Of a stretch of DNA of 64,000 nt, positions 45,474 through 54,705 are shown one piece after another. The notes beneath the pieces are model-generated. The model ran no database searches. It saw only the letters and a list, made by a program, of their open reading frames with translations, and was not told the origin of the DNA. Positions within the stretch are counted from its first letter, which is position 1. The number at the start of each line of letters is the position of its first letter. Origin of the DNA: a virus (lineage: Duplodnaviria; Caudoviricetes); IMG/VR virus record IMGVR_UViG_3300021425_002620, one strand, 5' to 3'. The translations under genes and the position numbers were made by a program.

Positions 45474-46542
45474 CGCCTTGCTCCACGTTAAGTTTGTATC
45501 CATAATTTCCGTTCAAATATAAATCTATTGTATTTTCTACACTAGAATCTTGTCTTTTAATATGCCACATAGGATCTTCGTAATCTAAGAAAAATCCTGT
45601 TTCTTCGTCATAACCTAATTGACGCTGTCTAAAAAATTCTTGGTTTTGAGCTTCTAGTTCGTCTTTAAAACTATTTAGTAATGCTTGATTAAGAGCATCT
45701 ATCATATCAACAAGTATTTCTCTAAGATAATAATCTGCTCCTTTATCTAATTCTGTTACCCAAATATCTTTAATGCTATCAGCTAGTGCATCTTGATCAA
45801 GATCATCAAATTTTAAAAAATCAAAATCTAATACACTTACACTAGCTTCTTGTTGCAGCTCTTTTTCTATTGCTGCATCAATAGGATCTTTACGCCTTAC
45901 AATAAGCATACCAGTAATTTGTGGCTCTGTTAGCTCAACAATAATAGGAGGGCTAGGAGACTTCCAAAGACTTTCTACACGAGTCATTTGGAATGGTTGA
46001 TTCATTATAACCATTCCTGCATCATTCTCAACACTAATTTCACCTGTCACGCACTCTAACTCTACGCCGTTTTCTGTTTGACAACTAGGTAATAGTGTTA
46101 CATAACTTTCGCCTATTTCATTTACAATCATAGCAAAGTCTGTACCACGAACTGATATAGTTGCAGTTGGTGTTCTTAGTCTTACATTTTGTCTTGAGTT
46201 TTTTGCAATTTGTCCACTTGCATAACGAACAGCACCTAGTGTTGCTCGCATATCTAACACGCCCTTGCCCGAAGCTGGATCATATATAAATTCATCAATA
46301 ACAACTCTACTATGATCAACTACATCAAGTCGAGTGTCATCAACAAAATCAATACGCATTTTACCTGCATTAGTAACGGCTTCGTCCAATTGTTGGACGC
46401 TAGTGCCTACTTCGTTACCTGCATTGTTTCTGTCGCGTAAGATTTGTCCATCCCCGTCTAGTTCAGTAACGGTACCAATTGAGGACTGTGCCGCAGATGC
46501 GACAGAGAAAAATAAACTAAAGAGTAAGACTAGCACTCTCAT
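45409..46542 (-). CDS. Secreted FecR-domain protein
   Basis: Signal peptide; IDFVDDTRL...SRVVIDEFIYD, GAVRYASG, TPTATISVRGTDF FecR motifs. Confidence 0.88.
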   Translation of the reverse strand: MRVLVLLFSLFFSVASAAQSSIGTVTELDGDGQILRDRNNAGNEVGTSVQQLDEAVTNAGKMRIDFVDDTRLDVVDHSRVVIDEFIYDPASGKGVLDMRATLGAVRYASGQIAKNSRQNVRLRTPTATISVRGTDFAMIVNEIGESYVTLLPSCQTENGVELECVTGEISVENDAGMVIMNQPFQMTRVESLWKSPSPPIIVELTEPQITGMLIVRRKDPIDAAIEKELQQEASVSVLDFDFLKFDDLDQDALADSIKDIWVTELDKGADYYLREILVDMIDALNQALLNSFKDELEAQNQEFFRQRQLGYDEETGFFLDYEDPMWHIKRQDSSVENTIDLYLNGNYGYKLNVEQGDEAVYDYLLGVGNNNINIIQK

Positions 46543-46549
46543 ACTAGTC

Positions 46550-47305
46550 TTAATCTATTTGTGTGATGTCAATAGTACTACCGTTTGTTGTAGCATCAAT
46601 ATCAATAACGTTATCGTATACTCCGCCTTGCGAAATAGTGAATACATTGCCGCCGCCTGTTAAATCTAGATTGATAAAGTGGCCGTTTGCATCTCCATCG
46701 CCGTCTACGTCGATATCAATAATGTTACCTGCATTAGATGCACTCAAACTTACGTCTGTAGCACTAGTTGCGCCTGTTGTGTGTAAACTTGCACTATTAT
46801 TAACAACAACTGTGATATCTGAATCAACACCATCAACATCTGCATCAACTACGTTGTCGTCACCTGTTACTGTAAACGCAACTGTTGACGAACCTGCGTC
46901 TGCATTTTCGCCGATGTAGAATTTAAATGTGTTATCGTCACCTGTAGTTGTAATATCTAGTTGTACACTTTCACAATTTCCTGCACCTGCTGTTCCTAAA
47001 CTGTCACACTTCATGTCTACGACATTAGTATTGCCAGTGAAACTCCAAGTACCTGTGTATGAATCACCATTGATGATTGCTGCAATATCATTAGTATCAC
47101 CTGTTTGGGTAATAGAAAATACCATGCTGTCACCTGTTAAAGTCACACCCGTGGTGCTGTCACCAAACTGGTTATTCTGCCCATCTTGAGTAATGTCTAA
47201 ATCTAAGCTATCACCAACTTGCGTAATGTAAATATCATTCGCTAGGGCTGGTGTCGCTAGTAGCACTGTCATCAACGCCGATAATGTCAACGTCTTCAAC
47301 TTCAT
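46550..47305 (-). CDS. Secreted curlin-repeat protein (CsgA/B-like)
   Basis: Signal peptide (ALA-ND); IYITQVGD, ITQDGQNN, ITQTGDTN, TGDDNT, TGDDNV, ISQGGVYDN repeats. Confidence 0.75.
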   Translation of the reverse strand: MKLKTLTLSALMTVLLATPALANDIYITQVGDSLDLDITQDGQNNQFGDSTTGVTLTGDSMVFSITQTGDTNDIAAIINGDSYTGTWSFTGNTNVVDMKCDSLGTAGAGNCESVQLDITTTGDDNTFKFYIGENADAGSSTVAFTVTGDDNVVDADVDGVDSDITVVVNNSASLHTTGATSATDVSLSASNAGNIIDIDVDGDGDANGHFINLDLTGGGNVFTISQGGVYDNVIDIDATTNGSTIDITQID

Positions 47306-48107
47306 AACTTCCCTCCTGTTGGAACTTCCAAAGTCCCTTTCTTTCGCCTTCGTAAACTAGTTCAACTACCGCTTGCTCGATAGCAGCCCTCGTAGCATAA
47401 TTTACGGGCTCATTAACTGAAAAACCTGTTTCAGTCTCGAGTAACTCAGTTCCCATGTCCAAGAACTTAAATACATCCGCTCCGGACTGGTGGCTTGCAA
47501 TCGTTTTTTCGGTTGCAATACTTAAAAGTACTTTCCCTGTACTTACACTTACAATTCTTAAAGAAATTGTAACTGTATCGATGCGATATTGCGTATTTGC
47601 GCCAACACCTAACCATCTTGCGCCGACACCGCCTACTGCGACATTACTATCGTAGCCAATTATCCCCCCTTCTAATAAAAGTCCTGCAAATAGCAAGGGT
47701 TTTAATTGTGGTGCATCTGGGCCTTCGTATTGATCTCTAGTCTGTCTTATTAGTTGTCTTTCTTTGATAAGATTGTCCATCCCTACTCGCTCAACTACGT
47801 CAAACCATCCTTCGTCGCCTACATCTTGCAGAGCCTTAATTACCCAAACTTCTCCACCTTGCGTGACTGCTGAGCTTAATTTTGCTACACCGTCACTTGG
47901 TTTACGTTGTCCTGTTTTATCACTAAACTGATAAACAGCAATAGTAATTTTAGGTCCGTCAATTTTTGGTACATCTTCAAGACGTTGCTGAATTGGAGAT
48001 GGTTGTACTATCGGTGATGTCTCTGCTTCCTGTAGTTTTAATAAACTCGGAGTCATTGCACAACCGCCTAGTAGAGCTAAAGATAGTACGAGAAACAGAT
48101 GCTTCAT
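47235..48107 (-). CDS. csgG: Curli assembly/transport outer-membrane lipoprotein
   Basis: Lipobox LGGC; IAVYQFSDKTGQRKP, AVTQG, VVERVGMDNLIKERQLIR, GGIIGYDSN, TQYRID.VTISLR. Confidence 0.93.
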   Translation of the reverse strand: MKHLFLVLSLALLGGCAMTPSLLKLQEAETSPIVQPSPIQQRLEDVPKIDGPKITIAVYQFSDKTGQRKPSDGVAKLSSAVTQGGEVWVIKALQDVGDEGWFDVVERVGMDNLIKERQLIRQTRDQYEGPDAPQLKPLLFAGLLLEGGIIGYDSNVAVGGVGARWLGVGANTQYRIDTVTISLRIVSVSTGKVLLSIATEKTIASHQSGADVFKFLDMGTELLETETGFSVNEPVNYATRAAIEQAVVELVYEGERKGLWKFQQEGSYEVEDVDIIGVDDSATSDTSPSE

Positions 48108-48559
48108 TAGAAACTAAAGTCTCCTTCTGCCGGAATAGTAATCTCTGTAACTGTGCCATCTTCTTGGACAATAGTTATAGTGATCATTCCGTCTGCCTTT
48201 ACCCAAGTAATTGTTGACCCTTCAATCTCTGCTGTGCCTGTGTTAGAACATGTATCTGTGCAATCAGCAAACATAGCGTCAACCATCTGTTTGGATAATT
48301 GGGCATATATTCTTGATTCAACATTCCGAATAAACTTATTCAAAATGCTATTTTCTAGCTCACGTTCAATTCTTCTAGCCTCTGCTTCTGCCTTGTCTTT
48401 AATATCTTGCTTGCGATTGAACGATAATTGTTCTGTACTTAAAACGTGTGCAGAATAACCTTGTCCACTAAAACTTGGGTTTTTAAATCCCCAAACTAAT
48501 TCGCTTGCCTGAGCTACAGAGCTCATAAAGAACAACGTGAGTACGGCATATTTAATCAT
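48107..48559 (-). CDS. csgF: Curli assembly protein CsgF-like
   Basis: Signal peptide then ASELVWGFKNPSFSG; C-terminal ITIVQEDGTVTEITIP. Confidence 0.85.
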   Translation of the reverse strand: MIKYAVLTLFFMSSVAQASELVWGFKNPSFSGQGYSAHVLSTEQLSFNRKQDIKDKAEAEARRIERELENSILNKFIRNVESRIYAQLSKQMVDAMFADCTDTCSNTGTAEIEGSTITWVKADGMITITIVQEDGTVTEITIPAEGDFSF

Positions 48560-48607
48560 AATGGATTCCCTCTTTCATATATTTATTAAAACGTTGCCCT
48601 AATCACG

Positions 48608-48625
48608 TAAATACACTTGTATTTA
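48608..48625. promoter_or_regulatory. Palindromic divergent late promoters TAAATACA-CT-TGTATTTA
   Basis: Perfect 8-bp inverted repeat containing a TAAATA box on each strand; an extra AATAAATA (minus) at 48580-48587. Confidence 0.6.
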
Positions 48626-48632
48626 TCTGATG

Positions 48633-48652
48633 GGTGTTAAAATTCTAACACC
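48633..48652. repeat. Near-perfect 20-bp palindrome GGTGTTAaAATTcTAACACC (candidate operator or 5' hairpin)
   Basis: Read directly; lies between csgF and the Fis-like gene. Confidence 0.55.
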
Positions 48653-48678
48653 ATATTACTTCGATAGGAACAAGACAA

Positions 48679-48927
48679 ATGAAAGATAAAATGACTGAAG
48701 ACGAATTACGAGCGGCTGAGCAAGATGCCCTTTGGAGAATATGTGAAGAACTAAGTGCCTATCATGATACAAGGCCTGTGGATTTGTCTCAAGAAGTTAG
48801 CGAATTAGAACAACAAGAGATTGAACGTGCATTAAGAGCGTGTGATGATAATCAAACAAAGGCAGCTAAATTATTAAAACTTAATCGCACTACACTTCTT
48901 GCTAAAATGAAAAAGTACAATATTTAA
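48679..48927 (+). CDS. Fis-family helix-turn-helix protein
   Basis: ELEQQEIERALRACDDNQTKAAKLLKLNRTTLLAKMKKY. Confidence 0.88.
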   Translation: MKDKMTEDELRAAEQDALWRICEELSAYHDTRPVDLSQEVSELEQQEIERALRACDDNQTKAAKLLKLNRTTLLAKMKKYNI

Positions 48928-50588
48928 GAAGCAATATATCCAGGTGTTGGCGTTTGCTGATCGTCGTTCCAGTTAAAGCCGCCGCCTGTTATAATTTTAT
49001 CTCCGCCCATTTGCTGTACTAAATCATCAGCGTCTTTAAAGATAACATAGTTTAGATTGTCTGTTCTAAGCAACATAACAGTAGTAATACCATCTGCTAA
49101 ATGATAACTTGAATACGCAATTTTAGAATATGCTATATTCATTTTCTTCATATCAACTGTACCGTCATCGTTAATAGCATCAGCAATAAGTTCGCCCGGA
49201 TTAAATGGTTTATGATGTTTGTTACCTGCTTGTTCTTTGCTTAACTTATCATAGTTTTGTACTAGTGCTTTGATAGTAGATTCAAAGAGTTCATATGTTT
49301 CTCTCTTGTTAGCATAAGGTTGTAAGACTTCAATATTAAGTGCTTTGAAACCTGAATTGTTCCAGTTGTATTTTGAACCTTCTTTTGCTTTCTTTTTGAT
49401 AACGTTATATCTATTACCGTTATACTTTCTTGCAGGTACTAGTTTTTCTGAACCATCTTTTTGTGTAACAGAGACTGTTGCGTCTTCTGGTGCATTCTGC
49501 ATTATTTGATTAATACCTTTTGCCCACGTAGACCAACCTGTTGTTGCTTTTGCAATAGCCTTACTATTAAATCGTCCACCAGTCTTTGCACTTGCTTTAA
49601 TTTCAACTTCTTCGTCACCTATCTTAAGATCACCCTTTTTGCCTTTTTCAGCAGGGTTACCCATCATTGACAGTGCCATTTCGCCTGGACCGATTGCACC
49701 TGATGTTGTACCTGGAGAATAACTAAAAATGTTTTCTTCAACAAATACATCAAACACTTTTTGGTATTTAGGATTTACATGATTCTTAATGTTACCCTCT
49801 GATCTACTAATAACATCAAGCATGTTAATAACATCGCCTTTTACACAGGCACCTAAAAAATCTTTTATTTCTTCACTTGTTACATCGCTGCCTTCTTGTA
49901 TGTCAAGTATTTTACCAAACAGTGCTTGCTTTAGTGTCTTGGTAAACTTTTCTGCATTAACAGCCATCTTTTTATATGAAGCTCTGTCTGTTGATGTCAT
50001 TGCAGAAGTGTCTGCATCTGCTGAATAGCCTTGTACCTTGTTTCCTAATGTGACAAGAATACCAGTTACTTCTTTTACAAAATTTATAGCTTCATCACGC
50101 TCTGATCTTGCTTGATCACGTTGCGCACGAACTACTTCAAATTCTTTTACTAATTGATCTAATGGTTTATTGATGTCTGCAATAACTTTTTCTTTTTGTG
50201 CATCATCAATAGGTAATTTAGCAACTGCCGAAACTGCATCTTTAATTTCTTTAATTGCTTTTTCAGCTCTTGCATCAGCTGCTTCATAATCCTTAATTGA
50301 ATATAACTTCTTTTGTACTTGTGGATTTGCTTTAGCTTCTTGTTGTTGTGGTTGTGGAGCAGACTTTGCTTGATTTGTAACTCTGTTAACAAATGCTGTA
50401 ACATCTTTAGCCATTTTTTCTAGTTTAGAAACTAGAGTCATTTTAGCATCTACTTTTTCAGTAGGTATTTGTGATATAGAAGAACTAATGGCTTCTAAAT
50501 CGTGTAACGTGTGTTGTGTTTCTAAACCAGCATTAGCTGCTTTATTTTCTGCAAGTTGAATTGATACTTTGATGTCACTAAAACGCAT
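48924..50588 (-). CDS. Coiled-coil protein with possible C-terminal PD-(D/E)xK-like nuclease domain
   Basis: GPGEMAL...KGDLKIGDEEVEIKAS motif; late box and SD upstream. Confidence 0.5.
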   Translation of the reverse strand: MRFSDIKVSIQLAENKAANAGLETQHTLHDLEAISSSISQIPTEKVDAKMTLVSKLEKMAKDVTAFVNRVTNQAKSAPQPQQQEAKANPQVQKKLYSIKDYEAADARAEKAIKEIKDAVSAVAKLPIDDAQKEKVIADINKPLDQLVKEFEVVRAQRDQARSERDEAINFVKEVTGILVTLGNKVQGYSADADTSAMTSTDRASYKKMAVNAEKFTKTLKQALFGKILDIQEGSDVTSEEIKDFLGACVKGDVINMLDVISRSEGNIKNHVNPKYQKVFDVFVEENIFSYSPGTTSGAIGPGEMALSMMGNPAEKGKKGDLKIGDEEVEIKASAKTGGRFNSKAIAKATTGWSTWAKGINQIMQNAPEDATVSVTQKDGSEKLVPARKYNGNRYNVIKKKAKEGSKYNWNNSGFKALNIEVLQPYANKRETYELFESTIKALVQNYDKLSKEQAGNKHHKPFNPGELIADAINDDGTVDMKKMNIAYSKIAYSSYHLADGITTVMLLRTDNLNYVIFKDADDLVQQMGGDKIITGGGFNWNDDQQTPTPGYIAS

Positions 50589-50616
50589 TAAATTATTTCC
50601 TAAATGTTTTTAGTAT

Positions 50617-51309
50617 TTATACTATTTTAGGAAATAACATATCCGTGCAGAATTTATCTACATCTGCTTCTGGTAATCCTAAACTTTTCATTGTACGTGG
50701 AGTGTGCGGATTTTGTTGTTGATTATGACAGTAATAGTTTTGTGCGGCAGCAACTAATGGTACTTCACCTGAACCATCGCTTTGACCTATTTCATCAAAA
50801 TATGCACGAAGATTGTTTAATGCTAGTTCTACGATAGCAACTGCTTCTTCTTCAGTGTTTACATTACCTGCGGCAACCATTTTATCAGTAAAAATATTTT
50901 TAGCCCACTGCGGAAGCTCACGTTGTTTCTTAGGAATAAAATCTGCTACTGCTTCATAATAGCCTTGTATCATATCATGATCTTCATTGGTAGTAGGAGA
51001 AAAATCATGGAATGCTCCTGTCATTTTATTCTTACCTGCAATCACATCAAAGCCATATATTGGTCCGTCATTATTTAAATTAGGAAAGACACATACATGC
51101 ATCATCCAAAGGCCTTTGCTATCTCTAGCATCCACAACGTCAATGTGTGCCCTGCGAACACTACTGTTAGCCCACACACGGTTAATCCAACCGTTATCAG
51201 GTTGGTTAAAAGCATCAAGTCCTTCTTCATTATATTCTGTTGCTTTTTCGTTGAATATATTTATAATTTCGTCTTGACATTCAATTAGTTTAGTCCAAAT
51301 AATACTCAA
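50617..51309 (-). CDS. Ferredoxin-dependent bilin reductase (PcyX/PcyA-like), TTG start
   Basis: RRAHIDVVD, WMMHVCVFP, PIYGFDVIAG, TGAFHDFSP, RELPQWAKNIFT, QQQNPHTPR motifs; GGAGG SD 6 nt before TTG 51309; adjacent to heme oxygenase. Confidence 0.88.
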   Translation of the reverse strand: MSIIWTKLIECQDEIINIFNEKATEYNEEGLDAFNQPDNGWINRVWANSSVRRAHIDVVDARDSKGLWMMHVCVFPNLNNDGPIYGFDVIAGKNKMTGAFHDFSPTTNEDHDMIQGYYEAVADFIPKKQRELPQWAKNIFTDKMVAAGNVNTEEEAVAIVELALNNLRAYFDEIGQSDGSGEVPLVAAAQNYYCHNQQQNPHTPRTMKSLGLPEADVDKFCTDMLFPKIV

Positions 51310-51859
51310 GAGCAACCTCCATCATTTCTTGAAATAATTCTGTAGCAGATGTAAACACCCATTTGGCTTCTTCTGCTTGTCCGTCGTGTGTATATGTTCT
51401 TAAATTTTCTTTAAGATCTTTTACATCACCTTTAAACTGATACATGCGGCCTTCACCAGGTATCTTCTTTTTAATCATTTGCCCGCCACTAAGGTCACCC
51501 ATATGTAGTACATATACGTGTGCCATAAGCAGGTCTTTGTTGTCTTTAATTTCTTCAATTCTATCTAAGTACTTCCAAGTACTAGGTAGTGTTATTGGTG
51601 TCCTATTAGCAATGTCCCAAAGCTCTTGCCAATCATCTTCTATCTTTTTCATTTGTTTGATGTCAAATAATTTTAAATCATCTGCCCAAACACCTAACTG
51701 ATCTAATGCTTCTTCGAGTGCTTCGTACTTCTTCCATTGATTATATAAGTATGTTGCATAAAAATCAGGATTGATTTTACCACTCATTAATACTTTGACA
51801 AACTCTTGTCTTTCGGCGTTTTGGTGATGCTCCCAAGTTAGCTCTTTTAAATTGCTCAA
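51290..51859 (-). CDS. hemO: Heme oxygenase (TTG start)
   Basis: LKELTWEHHQNAE (proximal His), AHVYVLHMGDLSGGQMIKK, EEAKWVF. Confidence 0.92.
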   Translation of the reverse strand: MSNLKELTWEHHQNAERQEFVKVLMSGKINPDFYATYLYNQWKKYEALEEALDQLGVWADDLKLFDIKQMKKIEDDWQELWDIANRTPITLPSTWKYLDRIEEIKDNKDLLMAHVYVLHMGDLSGGQMIKKKIPGEGRMYQFKGDVKDLKENLRTYTHDGQAEEAKWVFTSATELFQEMMEVALEYYLD

Positions 51860-52174
51860 TTAGTCCTCCTCTTCCATTTTGATTTGCAATGGAAAGCCTT
51901 TTTGTCTACTTGCCTGAACAGCTTCGTTGGTCTTTGTTTCAGCAATTTCAAAACTATACACGCCTGCTATTCCACTTCCTTCTGTATGTATCGTCATTGT
52001 AAGTTGTTCTGCAGAAATATGGCTGTGTTTGAATACAACAGTAAGTAATTCTATTACCCATTCTACCGGAGTATGATTATCATTTAAAAAAATAACTTTG
52101 TAGCGTTTTGGAACTTCAACAGTCTTTTCTATTTTTTCATCAATTTGAATATCTTCTACAATATCTGTACTCAT
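51860..52174 (-). CDS. clpS: N-degron adaptor ClpS
   Basis: YKVIFLNDNHTPVEWVI, MTIHTEGSGIAG, FPLQIKME. Confidence 0.93.
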   Translation of the reverse strand: MSTDIVEDIQIDEKIEKTVEVPKRYKVIFLNDNHTPVEWVIELLTVVFKHSHISAEQLTMTIHTEGSGIAGVYSFEIAETKTNEAVQASRQKGFPLQIKMEEED

Positions 52175-52191
52175 TTATTTTTCCTTAAAAT

Positions 52192-52217
52192 GTTAGGGGA
52201 GACAATGCTCCCCTAAC
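52192..52217 (-). terminator. Stem-loop between hsp20 and clpS
   Basis: GTTAGGGGAG-6nt-CTCCCCTAAC, 10-bp stem, weak U tail. Confidence 0.55.
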
Positions 52218-52224
52218 AACTCTA

Positions 52225-52683
52225 TTACTCGACTTCGCCGTTAATTACAGGTGAACCAACATTGATGTTGATTTTCTTAGGTTGTAGTTCTTCAGGTACT
52301 TCACGAACTAAAGTAATGTTTAACATACCTAGTTCAAGATTTGCCTGCTCTACTTCCATATGATCTGCAAGTGTAAATTCTCTACGGAAATTACGTCCTG
52401 CAATACCTTTGTGCAAGTAATTTACATCATCGTCACCCTTTGGTGCTAAACCTTCTACACGAAGAATATTACCCTCTTTAGTAATATCCAACTCGTCCAT
52501 AGCAAAGCCTGCAACGGCAAGTGAGATTACATACTCATCATCAGATATCTGTACAATATTATACGGAGGATATCCTGTTGATTGTGAATTAGAAAATTGT
52601 CTTTCTAATTCGTTAAACATTCTATCAAAGCCAATTGTGGCCCTGTGAAAATGTGGTAGGTCTAAAGTTGTTAGTCTTGTCAT
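52225..52683 (-). CDS. ibpA: Small heat-shock protein (Hsp20, IbpA-like)
   Basis: IGFDRMF, YPPYNI, LAVAGF, YLHKGIAGRNFRREFTLAD, LGMLNITL. Confidence 0.95.
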   Translation of the reverse strand: MTRLTTLDLPHFHRATIGFDRMFNELERQFSNSQSTGYPPYNIVQISDDEYVISLAVAGFAMDELDITKEGNILRVEGLAPKGDDDVNYLHKGIAGRNFRREFTLADHMEVEQANLELGMLNITLVREVPEELQPKKININVGSPVINGEVE

Positions 52684-52740
52684 TTTATTTCTCCTTATTA
52701 AGCAAGATTAATGTGTAGAGCCCAAATGGCACTCTACACA
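52684..52740 (-). promoter_or_regulatory. ROSE-like RNA thermometer in the hsp20 5' UTR
   Basis: UCUUGCU-UAAUA-AGGAGA hairpin pairing the SD with a bulged G, preceded by a 5' hairpin; late box at 52743-52750. Confidence 0.7.
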
Positions 52741-52748
52741 ATTATTTA

Positions 52749-54644
52749 TTAAGATGCTTCGTCAAACTCTGCATCAATTATATCCTCAGCTTCAATTGGA
52801 CCTTCGTCTGTTGCTGCTGAAGAATCTTTTTGCTGTTTAGCCGCCATTACTGCGCCGGCTGCGGTAGCAAACTCCGTGATCTTAGCGTTGATAGCATCTG
52901 TATCATCGCCTTTAACTGCTTCTTCTAATGCATCACGTGCTTCAGTATAAGCAGTAACTTGTTCTTCTGTTAAGTCTGCTTGCACTTCTTCAAAGTCACG
53001 GTTGGCTTGAGCAATGTGTTGCTCTGCACCATTACGTGCTTCAACAAGGGCTCTACGCTTCTTGTCTTCTTCTGCATTAGCTTCTGCATCTTTCACCATT
53101 TGTTCAATTTCAGACTCAGACAAGCCGCCGTCACTTTGAATAGTTAACTTTTGTTCTTTGCCTGTGCCTTTGTCTGTAGCACTTACACTTAGAATACCGT
53201 TTGCATCAATATCAAATTTTACTTCAATTTGAGGAATACCACGCATTGCTGGTGCAATACCTTCTAAGTTAAACATGCCAAGATGTTTGTTATCTCTGAT
53301 AAACTCACGCTCACCTTGTGCTACATTAATTGTAACTGCTGGTTGGTTGTCTTCTGCTGTTGAGAAAACTTGTGACTTTGATGTAGGAATAGTTGTATTC
53401 TTATCAATCAATTTAGTCATAATGCCACCCATTGTTTCAATACCTAGTGACAATGGAGTAACGTCTAATAATAGTACGTCCTGCTTGTCGCCTGCTAGTA
53501 CTGCACCCTGGATCGCTGCACCTGCTGCAACTGCTTCATCTGGATTTACATCCTTGCGTGGAGCCTTACCAAAGTATTTTTCAACAGCCGTTTGTACTGC
53601 TGGCATACGTGTTTGGCCACCTACAAGAATAACTTCGTCAATGTCACTTGGCTTTAGTCCTGCATCTTTAACTGCAACTTTACATGGCTCAATTGAACGT
53701 GCAACAAGGTCATTCACCATTGCTTCGTACTTTGAACGTGTAAGGTTAATAGCCATATGCTTAGGACCACTAGCATCAGCAGTCACATACGGAAGGTTAA
53801 TTTCAGTTTGTTCTGTGCTTGATAGTTCTACTTTTGCCTTTTCTGCCGCTTCCTTCAAACGCTGAAGAGCCATTTTATCTGTCGATAGATCAACAGCATC
53901 TGACTTTTTAAATTCTGCAATCAAATAGTCAATAATTGCTTGGTCAAAATCTTCACCGCCTAAGAATGTGTCGCCGTTTGTAGCAAGAACTTCAAACTGC
54001 TTTTCACCGTCAACATCTGATATTTCAATAATTGAGATATCAAAAGTACCACCACCTAAGTCGTATACTGCAATCTTCTTATCACCTTTGCCGCCTTTAT
54101 CAACACCATATGCTAGTGCTGCTGCCGTTGGCTCGTTGATAATACGTAGGACTTCAAGACCTGCAATCTTACCAGCGTCTTTAGTTGCTTGACGTTGCGA
54201 GTCGTTAAAGTATGCAGGAACTGTAATAACTGCTTGTGTTACAGGCTCACTTAGATATGCTTCTGCATCTTGTTTAATTTTGCGTAGGATTTCTGCACTA
54301 ATTTGCTGTGGTGCATACTTTTCTTCACCTACTTGTACCCATGCATCTTTGTTGTCTGCTTCGACAATTTTAAAGGGCATGTTTTTGATATCTTTTTGTA
54401 CTGCTTTGTCTTTGAACTTACGTCCAATCAAACGTTTTACAGCAAATACTGTACTATCTGCGTTTGTTACGCCTTGACGCTTTGCAGTAGTACCTACTAG
54501 AACTTCACCGTCGTCCTTATAGGCAACAATACTTGGGGTAGTTCTGTTACCTTCTTTGTTTTCGATGATTTTATATGATGATCCGTCTACAATAGATAGA
54601 CATGAATTTGTTGTACCGAGATCGATACCGATTACTTTTGCCAT
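52749..54644 (-). CDS. dnaK: Chaperone DnaK (Hsp70)
   Basis: [57 protein letters not shown]. Confidence 0.98.
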   Translation of the reverse strand: MAKVIGIDLGTTNSCLSIVDGSSYKIIENKEGNRTTPSIVAYKDDGEVLVGTTAKRQGVTNADSTVFAVKRLIGRKFKDKAVQKDIKNMPFKIVEADNKDAWVQVGEEKYAPQQISAEILRKIKQDAEAYLSEPVTQAVITVPAYFNDSQRQATKDAGKIAGLEVLRIINEPTAAALAYGVDKGGKGDKKIAVYDLGGGTFDISIIEISDVDGEKQFEVLATNGDTFLGGEDFDQAIIDYLIAEFKKSDAVDLSTDKMALQRLKEAAEKAKVELSSTEQTEINLPYVTADASGPKHMAINLTRSKYEAMVNDLVARSIEPCKVAVKDAGLKPSDIDEVILVGGQTRMPAVQTAVEKYFGKAPRKDVNPDEAVAAGAAIQGAVLAGDKQDVLLLDVTPLSLGIETMGGIMTKLIDKNTTIPTSKSQVFSTAEDNQPAVTINVAQGEREFIRDNKHLGMFNLEGIAPAMRGIPQIEVKFDIDANGILSVSATDKGTGKEQKLTIQSDGGLSESEIEQMVKDAEANAEEDKKRRALVEARNGAEQHIAQANRDFEEVQADLTEEQVTAYTEARDALEEAVKGDDTDAINAKITEFATAAGAVMAAKQQKDSSAATDEGPIEAEDIIDAEFDEAS

Positions 54645-54694
54645 TTTATTCTCCTTTATTAAGCAAGATTAATATTCGAACCCTTTCGGCGTTC
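54645..54694 (-). promoter_or_regulatory. ROSE-like RNA thermometer in the dnaK 5' UTR
   Basis: 18 nt identical to the hsp20 UTR (54656-54673 vs 52695-52712) including UCUUGCU; upstream GAAC-GCC-GAAA-GG-GUUC hairpin; late box at 54700-54707. Confidence 0.65.
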
Positions 54695-54705
54695 ATTTTT
54701 ATTTA

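Noticed and set aside
48560-48678. Sigma54 promoter suggested by the Fis-type HTH
   Set aside because: No TGGCAC-N5-TTGC on either strand, and the protein lacks an AAA+ domain.
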